Assembly: GCA_900088475.1 (NCBI GenBank)
Contig: FLMG01003771.1
Span: 1-33,466 of the forward strand
Length of the DNA: 33,466 bases
Origin: Hyphochytrium catenoides
Lineage: Eukaryota > Protista > Hyphochytriomycota
Reading direction: 5' to 3'
A program made the position numbers and the translations under genes. A model generated the notes under the pieces. That model was not told the origin of the DNA, did no database searches, and worked only from the letters and a program-made list of their open reading frames with translations. Below, piece after piece: positions 13,057-21,843 of the stretch (its first letter is position 1; every line of letters begins with the position of its first letter).

Positions 13057-14308
13057 TACCAGTGAGAAGCAGATTGACTTAAGAAACAAGATATCCAGAC
13101 CTATGAATGGTGTCAGCTTCGCCCTGTGTACAAAAAGCCATTTCTCCCAAATGTCAATAGGACAGAGCAAGAAGACTTGGCGAGAAGACTTGACGTAGGT
13201 AGTGAAATAAACCCTTGACAAGTACAGTCTCGGCTCTCCTGAGGCTCCAGTCACTCTTTGGATTCCACTCCGCGAAGCCTCGCCGCCTCAGAGAGAGAAG
13301 CAGTATAACACTACCTATTGGATACACGTTCTGACACAGGGAGCAGCAAGCGTCTCCGACAGGCCGAGTGAAAAGAGGGTATGTCCAGAATCAAGCGGCA
13401 AGCTATCGCCACCAAACACGAGGTGAGGTCGGTCAGCAAGAGAGCTACTACCGCGGGCTGTAAATGCCAGATAGAGACAACGTGTGCCTGTCTAATCGCT
13501 GCGCCTTCCTCTGAAGGAAGCCGAGTCAATGATCGCGAGAGCTCTGTCAGCTAATAACGAAGGCGCTGAGGAGGTGGGAACCTTGTGCGTAAGCGGTAGG
13601 AACTATTGTACGAGAGCTCCATAGAAAGATATCGCAGAAGTGAAAGATGTCTGTTGTCTGTTCCTGCGTCTGAAACAAGCAGTCATACTTCAGAAGATAG
13701 ACTTGGGATCCGAAAATACTGCACCCCTTGTGCCGTCCAAGATCTGATTTGATCCCACTATTTTCGTTTAGATAGCACCAATACTTCGAAGTAGTGCTGT
13801 ATACAGTGCGGTACTTCAAGGGAATGCTAGTTCTACCTGTACACGAAATTGAGACAAGAGATCACTATCCGTTTCGTTCGAAGCCGAAAGATGCGTCCAG
13901 TGTTCTAAATAGAGGCTAATAAGTCAAGGATAGGTCTTGGAAAGGCACATTTACATTCAGGATACACTCCAAACATGATAAGTACAAGTACTGCTGCTAT
14001 TAGCTTCATCACCACACTGCATTGATAGTTCTACTTGTGGTATAAGAGAGGAGTAAGGACAGTCAGTAAGTAAGTAAGTACGGACTGTAAGTCACAGTGG
14101 TTCCAAAGGCCCCCAACAGTTCCAGTGCAGTATAATCGTACTGGTTATCTGATCCCACCTTCTTCGCCTTTTTCTGCGGAATAGTAATACGATATACCCG
14201 TGAAAAGGCATGGGATGTTCGCTTATTATTTTGTCCCTCTCACAGGTTTTGGTATTCTGATGCCGCCAATCCCTTCACCTGCTGAAGGACCTTCGGGAAC
14301 AGAAACTG

Positions 14309-14450
14309 TCTCTCTCTCTATCTTTCTCTCTCTCTGTGTCTCACTCTTACCCTCTCTCTCCCTGTCTCTCCGTGTCTCTCTCCTCTCTTTCTCCTTCCCT
14401 TGTCTGCTATTTCCCGCTCGTCCTCTTCTCCTCTTCCCCATCTCTTTATT
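14309..14450 (+). repeat. CT-rich low-complexity tract upstream of the PX gene
   Basis: Imperfect (CT)n, e.g. tctctctctatctttctctctctct. Confidence 0.85.
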
Positions 14451-14963
14451 CCTTAGACTCTAGGAAGACCGTCCTCAAAGCTGATGTCCTTTCCTGTCTG
14501 CCCCTTTGGCTCTTCCCAGAAGCGAAGGAAACAGATGAGAGAGAGTGAAGGAGAGGAGAAGGAAGGACACAAGGAATGACAGCGCAAGATGTAGGAAAGA
14601 AAGGAGCACTGGGTTCAAACACGGTGGGCAGGGTAGAAGCTTTTATCATCGGAGGGAAAGTGAGAAGTGTAGCTCAACAGCCTCGCATCCTATGTCCTAC
14701 TTGCTGCGCTGATTTTCCGCGCTGCAGGAGAGTGCGGAAGCGGCGATAAGAATGGGTAGTGAAGGTTAGAGGGGGGGAGACTGGACGAGAGAAGACGAGG
14801 AGAAAGAGAAAGAGAGAGAAAGAGAGGGAAGCGTTTTTAGAGACACGGACAGGCTGATGAGCTCAATAGCAGGGCTTGCAGCGGCTATGAGGGAGAAGCT
14901 AGAATCTCTGCCTCCAAAATAGAGATGAAGGGAAGTCTTTATCCTATAGTTGAGGAAGAGACC

Positions 14964-17900
14964 ATGGACTGTTGCGGACTGCTTAAAGGAGGAAGTACCA
15001 CGCCCCGGAAACGGAGTACTTCCGGGCGGGATAATTTTCAGTTTCAGGCCCCAAATGTAAGCAGCTTAGGTGCAGAGCGCTTATCATTCTGTCCCATACC
15101 TATGTCTTTCAACAGGAGGTACTGCTCTCGGTTCTTATCTCAGTGCCTGCTGATTCTGTCTTCTCCGCATCCTATAGTCTGCACTCTTTGACTGTCATTA
15201 GTTGTCTCATTCCACTCTCTTGGCTGTACTCCCGCACACCTTGTTCGTCCACCTGTCCCGCGGCGTCTCGCTACCTCTTTAAAGGGAGGAAGAGAGGGAG
15301 ATCCGGAGCACTCTCTCTGGCTTGCTCCTCCAGGCGACTTGAACCAAGCGAACTACCAAGCCTCCCGTACTCCTATACCGGACGATGCTGTGGGTCACTA
15401 TGTTACCTTTTCTAGGCCGGAAGAGTGGTCTTCAGGTATGTCATCAAGAGCAAATGGGTCAGGAGGTCAGGAGAGTATATTCTCTCGGAGAAGGAGGCCG
15501 GGTACTCACATGCTAATAGGAAGACAACATTTACACCTTATTGCCATCAGGCACTCCTTCTTTGCATCATTCGAGAGAGTCGATGTGGACTTGCTCTCTC
15601 TCACATTCTAGTCCTCTAAAGTTCTATTTTGGTGCTTCAGCCTTTGCAGCACTCGGAGATTACACCATAAAGATCGCAGGGGTAGATGGTGGTCCCGATG
15701 GAAGGCCAGTCTTCAAGCTTGCTCTACTTTGCTGCTGGGTCAAGGTAGGACGTCGAAGGCGTGGACTCAACATAGCACTATTGTACTCTTTCGCGCGTAT
15801 ATGCCCTAACGAGTACCTTCAGCTCGTTTAAAGTTTATTGTATGATACTACTGTTTGGGGACGTGTGGTTATTAGATTTTGGGAGCTGAATGGTACCCTC
15901 GACCGTCTCTTTATCCTTCGTCTCCTGGATTCTCCCTTCAGTCTTACTTCGCCTCATAAGTATGCTGACTGTCTTCTTCTTCCTGGGTTTACGGCGTCTA
16001 TTATCACAGGACCTGCGTACCTCTGAAGTTCTGAAGCTAGCTGGACCTAATATGCTTAACAACTCTTTTATCGAGTACATAAACCGCACAGATAAGGACT
16101 TCCAAGCTCTTGCAGAGAAAATGACGCTAAAACTTCCTGGTACGTTCTGAGACCTTGAACATGTCTGCACGTCACGTCACTTCATGTGACGACAGTTGGC
16201 GGCATCCGCGCACACGGCCTGGTTAACGGATAGCACTGATCCCAAAGTCTAACCTCGCTGATCTCTTTGGTACCTCCATTGTCTCCAAAATGCCCACAAC
16301 AGGGCTGCAACTGTTGAAGCGCCTTCCAAGCCGTGGACTTTTCGGGAGTAAGCAGGCAGGGCTGCTAAAAAGGGGAGAGCGATATGTTCACTTTCTTTCC
16401 AACCTTCTTACGACGACATCATACGGCCATAATAGGCTAATTCCACTTTCGGAGAACTTATCAAAGGTAACAACGGTGTCCCCACACTTTTGCGAGTAGC
16501 GAATGCTCCTCTATCTTGCACTTCAACTATTGAACTTCTACTTTCCGCCTGCAGTGTTGACACCCTATTCGGCTTGCCAGGCAGCATAAGAGTTAAATTT
16601 TAGTTATAGATAGCATAGATGTGCTTTTAACCATTTGAGGCTTGCTCCAATGATCACAGGATCCAGATGTGCGGCTCTTTTTAGGAATGCCTTCATGGTC
16701 TCTAGGACGTCTGCCACTAGATGGCAACACGGCTGGTTCCTGCAATGGCAGAATCGAGTCAGACAAGAAGCTCCCGCTTCCTAAGGAATGGATAGAAGAG
16801 GGAAGAGACGGGGCTAAGGATGTCAGCGGGTCTCTGAGTGGTGCTTCTCGCTCTTTCCATGGTTCGACGCCGGATTGGATTGATAGTCTTAGCAGCACAA
16901 GCAACGTATCAGGAGCTAGAGCTGGTAGGCAACGGACTATCTTCTGATCTCCCACTTCTTCTAGAGCCATCATTTTCCTACTTCCTTGACATCTTTGAGG
17001 TTAGCTGAGCAAGATTTTCACAACTTCGTCTTTGTGCACTGGCGTCTTTTGCAGTTAAGAGTGGCAGAAGGAGAAAAGAAAGGAACAGTGACGGCCAGAT
17101 TCGTGCCTATATCTCGGCTGAACGCTACGGAGGAGTGATACTTCCGCCTTCGTCATTTAGTGAAGGTACCCATGCTGGTGGTCATTGCTAGTACTGAGAT
17201 GTCGTCCTCGTATTTCGCATTTGTTGAAGGTTTGTTGAAGCTTTGTGTTAGGGCTATGCCTTAAATGCGAGCTATAGTTGCTGCCTCTCAGTGCCTCGTT
17301 GACCGCCAGAGGCCGTCCATTGATTGGCCTCGTACAAGTTTTTGGAAGATGATGCGTTTCTTCTCCTGAAGCGTTGCTCACTCTCGCTTGCGAACCGGTT
17401 TAAGGTTTCTCACCCTTTCTCTCTTCTTGTGCTCTTCGGCCTTTACACTGGCTTAGGTCCCATGCCGAGTGTGTTAGAGTTGAAGGGAAAGTCTCCAATT
17501 AATTACCTTCCCAGTCCCGCGTCGGGACGCAGTCTTCACGTGGATGTGAGCGGGACCAAATACTACGATGGAGGAACTGGGGAGAGAGGAGACAGACAGA
17601 TGCCAAACCGTCCACCTAGTCAACAGGGCCGGGATCGGTCCATCTCCACTCCCGCCCCTCCTTCTCCTTCTGCACTTTTCGCACCACTATGTACCCACTT
17701 TGTTTCACCAAAGCTCTGGAGGACGGGGACTACACGTTCTCGAATGGGTTCTTTCTACAACAACCTACCTGTCCAGGACCGGCTTGCTTTCACAGTGGAA
17801 ATCTCAAAAATAAGTATAGAGGAAGAGGGTTATGCGAACTACACCATTAGCATCCTCTTCCGCAAAGTATCGGATAAAGAGAAAATGGGTCGCGCTGGGG

Positions 17901-18835
17901 CAAGAGAGGGTTTAGGACGAACATCTGGAGCAAGCTTGTCCTCTTCCACCCCTCAACCCAGTCAAGATGAAGTGTACGCGGTCATTCGCCGGTACTCGGA
18001 ATTCCTGCAGTTTGCTAAGCAAATTACGAAGAAAGTACCATCGGATCAGCGCTTTCTCATCGATTCTATCCCGGGTAGGGGCATATGGACGGATCTGTCA
18101 CCAGGATACTTAGAAACACGCAGCGAAAAGCTTCAAAAATGGCTGGAGAGCCTGTTGATGGTGAATTTGAAAGGTAGGTTGCAGACTAAAAGTTGGGAAT
18201 GGCCTTGAACTTTTCTTGTCCGATCCTTGGCAGCGGACCTGAAGTATGACTCATCATTGGTTTGACTTCCGCTCTCTCGGTTCTTGCCTTCCTGGATACT
18301 CCGTTTCTCTCAACCATTCGTCTTCTGCGTTCGATTCAAGTTTCGTGACAGTTTTCTCTTTTCTCTCGTGTTTTAGCTAACAATGGACACTGTCGTTATA
18401 TGTGGCACAGGCTTGATAGATGAAGACGTCCCAATGGCAGCCTTTCCAGCTGTGAGGAAGTTCTTGGGTCTTCCTCAGGTTGAGTGGTCCCTAGTACCGC
18501 GCCAGAGGAGGAAAAGTGGTGTGGTTGAAGTTCCTTCGTCCCTAAAGATGCAAGGAAGTATGTATGGCAACACTTCTCTTACATTCAGCCAAGAAGGAGG
18601 AGATGGGGAGGGAAGAGGAAATAAGAGTCCCTCACCACCAAGAAAGAACGACGGCCAATATCCCTCATCCGCGTCTCTTGTCCAATCAAGGATAGGCGCT
18701 TTAGAGGCGCTGTCCAGACCTAGTCTAAGCGCCAATCTGAGCTTTCGAAGGAGAAACCTTACCACGATGCCGTCCCTAGAAAGCCCGGAGAGGCCAACTC
18801 AGCATAGAGGGCCGTCACCGCGCTCTAGAGGGTAA
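14964..18835 (+). CDS. Tandem two-PX (phox homology) domain protein, ~719 aa, 9 exons
   Basis: Phase-consistent GT-AG exons: 14964..15056, 15285..15435, 15641..15744, 16010..16139, 16303..16466, 16660..16924, 17055..17165, 17457..18173 and 18411..18835 (2160 nt). PX2 reads YTISI...VIRRYSEFLQFAKQI...IPGRGIW...YLETRSEKLQKWLESLL...AVRKFLG. PX1 reads YTIKI...YINRTDKDFQALAEKM...LPSRGLF...LLKRGERYVHFLSNLL...DVRLFLG. An alternative in-frame ATG lies at 14925. Confidence 0.82.
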
Positions 18836-19078
18836 CGTTAGATTCTCCTGGTTTAGCTCCACATGGTCGGCCCTACAGGCTTCATGTACGCCCCGCTGTC
18901 ATCCGGAAATAATGGAGCAGATATCTGTGTATATATTACTCAACTTGCAGCGGTCTATTATATTTTGACGCAATGAGACACAATTAAGTGTTAAATGGCG
19001 GTTGAGCCAGCAAGTGGCGCTACCGTTGGCCTCTGTTCCTCTTACTCAGCCCTTTCACAGCTTCTGATGGCCTCTCTA

Positions 19079-19816
19079 TCATTTTCCCTTAATAATCAGC
19101 GTCATGTCCACTAAGGACGATAGAGGGAGAGGTGTTTAGAAAGACCAATAGACAACAGGAAACAGAGTCCGTCCTGGAGTCACCATGGACCATCAGGCAG
19201 TCCCTATTGCCATTCGGGCGGGGCCTTATCACTAGGTCCAAGGAGAGGGACGAAACGAAGGCGGAAAGGACTCAACTATGACAGTGAACCATGGCCTTGG
19301 GAGAAGCTCAGCGTCAAAGCAAGATCAGTCGCGGTAGACAAGCAACTGTATTACTTTGTTACACGGGCAAAACGCGACATCAAAGGGGAAAGCTAGTAGA
19401 CTTGCCTGCAGCAACAATAAAGCAAAAGGTGAGCGGGAGGTACAGTTGGGCATGGCCAGATACCTTGATAGGCTCGAGGCTACTCCTTACCCAAACGTCT
19501 GCATACACGCCTCCTTCTCATCGGAAAGTCTGTATCCATCAACGACGAGTCTGCCGGAAGTCAACTGCTTCAGTGAACGGTCACACTGGGCGCTGTGAGG
19601 TCCTACAACTGCTGTTCACCTCTGGACGGAAAGCGGGAAAGTAGTTCTACTTGGCTCCTGAAGAACATTTTCTCATCGAAGTCATTGCCTGCACGCGTTC
19701 AACGGCTTGAGGTTGACGGTGCAGGACGAGAGGTAATAAAGGGAAGAGAGGGCTGGCAACCTGAGTTTATTGAGAGCTCGACGGGGAAACAAAGAAGACG
19801 AAGGAGCAGCTGACAT
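19079..19816 (-). other. Candidate small spliced transcript (microprotein gene or lncRNA)
   Basis: A run of splice-like signals on the - strand: donors at 19760, 19619, 19490 (GTAAGG) and 19183, and pyrimidine-rich acceptors at 19689, 19551, 19406, 19232 and 19111. An ATG at 19816 follows a CT-rich leader. No homology recognised and the exon chain is ambiguous. Confidence 0.3.
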
Positions 19817-19859
19817 GGTTGTGAAGAGTGATGAGGAGGGAGAAGCTCGTGAGCTGTGA

Positions 19860-19890
19860 TAGAGATGGAAGGTGAAGAGAGAGGAGAGGT

Positions 19891-19922
<32 letters not shown>

Positions 19923-19947
19923 GGCAAAGAGAGAGGAGAGAGAGACA
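19860..19947 (+). repeat. GA-rich microsatellite tract
   Basis: Near-perfect (AG)n at ~19893-19915 with imperfect flanks. Confidence 0.9.
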
Positions 19948-20422
19948 CACTAAAAACAGAAGGGGAAACAGAGGGAGAGTATCCTACACCAGATTCTAGA
20001 TAAATAGAGTAAACGTCCGTAATAGTCTGGTAGCCTTGTAATTAATATCCTCCCGTATTCGGAATCGGTCAGGAGGACACCGAAACGGACTTGGACTTAT
20101 CAAGGTTGAGATGCGGGAAGGACGAAAGGTTACACTGCAATCTCGAAGAGACGCCTTTACCCAATCCTATGCCAACACCGATTTACTTAGTTAGAGGCAT
20201 TCTGCCACGTAACCCTATCTTTCGCCGCTACGATCTCCAATCTCTTTCCTTCGTCTAATCTGATCCTGCGCCGGTTGCGGGACGATAGGTCTCTATGGAG
20301 GAAAGAGTTAGAGTGAGATTCCTCCCCTAAATATTCCCCCCGATTGACCTTCCTGGCTGGATCTGGTCACAGATGAGCGACTGTTGCCAGGCCAAGAGGT
20401 TTAGAGAATCTTTCTTCGGCTG

Positions 20423-20570
20423 CTCTCTCTCTCNNNNNNNNNNNNNNNNNNNNNNNNNNNNNNNNNNNNNNNNNNNNNATACCTTCTATCTATCTCTCTT
20501 CGCCACTCTCTCTCTCTCTCTTTATCTCTCATCTCTCTCTCTTCTCATCTCTCTCTGTATCCCTCTCCCT
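20423..20570 (+). repeat. CT-rich microsatellite tract including a 45-nt N run (20434-20478)
   Basis: (CT)n sequence on both sides of the Ns, upstream of the secreted-protein gene. Confidence 0.85.
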
Positions 20571-20803
20571 TACGTCATGGGTTGCGCTCTGTTTCGAAGA
20601 GAAAAGAATGTAGCTCGAAGCGGCTATTGACCGTGCTTGCTCTTTCACACTTTATCACGTCAACAAGCCTCTACCCTTCATACGACCATTCCATTGCCGC
20701 CTTGCTGCTGGCGAGAAGTCACTTTGCCAATTACCTTGTGACCCCTACAAGCTATACACGGTACATCTCTCCATTTAAGGCAGTGCCCTCTCCCAATACC
20801 ATA

Positions 20804-21527
20804 ATGTTTAGCCACATCCTTAAGGTCGCGGCCGTCGCGCTCGCCATTCAGTCAGGAGTCCTTGCCCAAGAGCGGACCGCAGACTCTCTTCTGCAGCTTC
20901 AGGTCACGAAGTCTATGACTCTCCTTGAGGAGAGCGATGCCTATGCCCCTACGCCCACGACAGCCACTCCTGCAAAGAAGTACTATTCACCTCCTCGCAA
21001 GAGCAGAAAGCCTTATCGTCCAGCCCCCAAGTACTATGACGATGATTATGAGGATGATGAGGATGACTATGAAACCGACTACGTTTCCAAGTACAACTAT
21101 AATCTGAGAGGATACTACGCCCAAAAGCCCAAGTATGGACCTGCTCCCACCGCTGCCCCGCGCACGACCGCACCTCCTCCCGCTCCTCGTGATTCTTGCG
21201 GCGGCCCACGTTACAAGTGCAGTGATGATAGGACTCAAGTCCTTGTCTGTCAGGCCCAGGACTCTCGGGCGACCACCTATGGTACATTTTCTCTGCTCGG
21301 ATCTTGTCCTTTCGTTGCTTTCTTCGCTGTCTGTGCACCTCTCTTTGGCGACTGCTCCTCTTTCGCAAAGCGCCTTTCTGAACCTTGGAAGTTCAGGTTC
21401 TAATGCGTTATCTCATTGATCTCTCTCCCTTGTAGCTTACGTGCCAAACGGCGCTCCTTGCGCTGCTGCCAACCAGTTCTGCGCTACCATCAACGGGCAC
21501 CCCTACTGCCTTCCTAAGCCCAAGTAA
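20804..21527 (+). CDS. Secreted Tyr/Pro/Lys- and Asp-rich protein with C-terminal six-cysteine module, 189 aa, 2 exons
   Basis: Exon 20804..21281 (donor G|GTACAT) joins exon 21436..21527 (acceptor TTGTAG, TAA stop), 570 nt in total. The N-terminus MFSHILKVAAVALAIQSGVLA|Q looks like a signal peptide. The middle is low-complexity and the C-terminus reads CGGPRYKCSDDRTQVLVCQAQDSRATTYAYVPNGAPCAAANQFCATINGHPYCLPKPK*. Codons are strongly C-ending. Confidence 0.88.
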
Positions 21528-21843
21528 TTTTTGGAGACATTCTAGGCACCAGGGCAAGAGAAGACTAGGCGTGCTGTATCCGGCCTCGTCTTAGCACTAG
21601 AAACTGATGCCCAGCGGGGTCTAGCATTTTCCTTGTGCTTATAATCTTTGTTTAAAGTAAATCAGAGTGTCTAAGTTCCTTGCACTCCCTTCACGATCGC
21701 TCCTTTGTCATGTAGTGACAGAACGGAAGACCTTCTGGCCTATTACATCTACCACTTGGATCCGTACCATGTTAACAGCTGCTCTTTTGATCTCTTCCTA
21801 CCAAGCGATTCTTTGTATTGTACCGCACAGGGGTCTGCCATAG

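Noticed and set aside
920-13198. Numerous + strand ORFs overlapping PA200
   Set aside because: They are antisense shadows of coding exons with no independent protein signal.
13381-13554. 57-aa ATG-initiated + strand ORF (MSRIKRQAIATKHEV...)
   Set aside because: No recognisable motif or supporting splice structure, and the length is compatible with chance.
14200-14649. Short ORFs over the CT/GA tracts (also 19682-19950 and 32412-32666)
   Set aside because: Their Leu/Ser- or Arg/Glu-rich translations are microsatellite artefacts.
15833-15892. Possible extra PX-gene exon (LYDTTVWGRVVIRFWELN)
   Set aside because: It needs a non-canonical donor and breaks phase. Exon 15641..15744 joins 16010 directly in phase 0.
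20582-20803. N-terminal extension of the 273-aa ORF upstream of MFSHILK
   Set aside because: It starts at a non-ATG codon, and the signal peptide begins at ATG 20804. This stretch is probably 5' UTR or a UTR intron.
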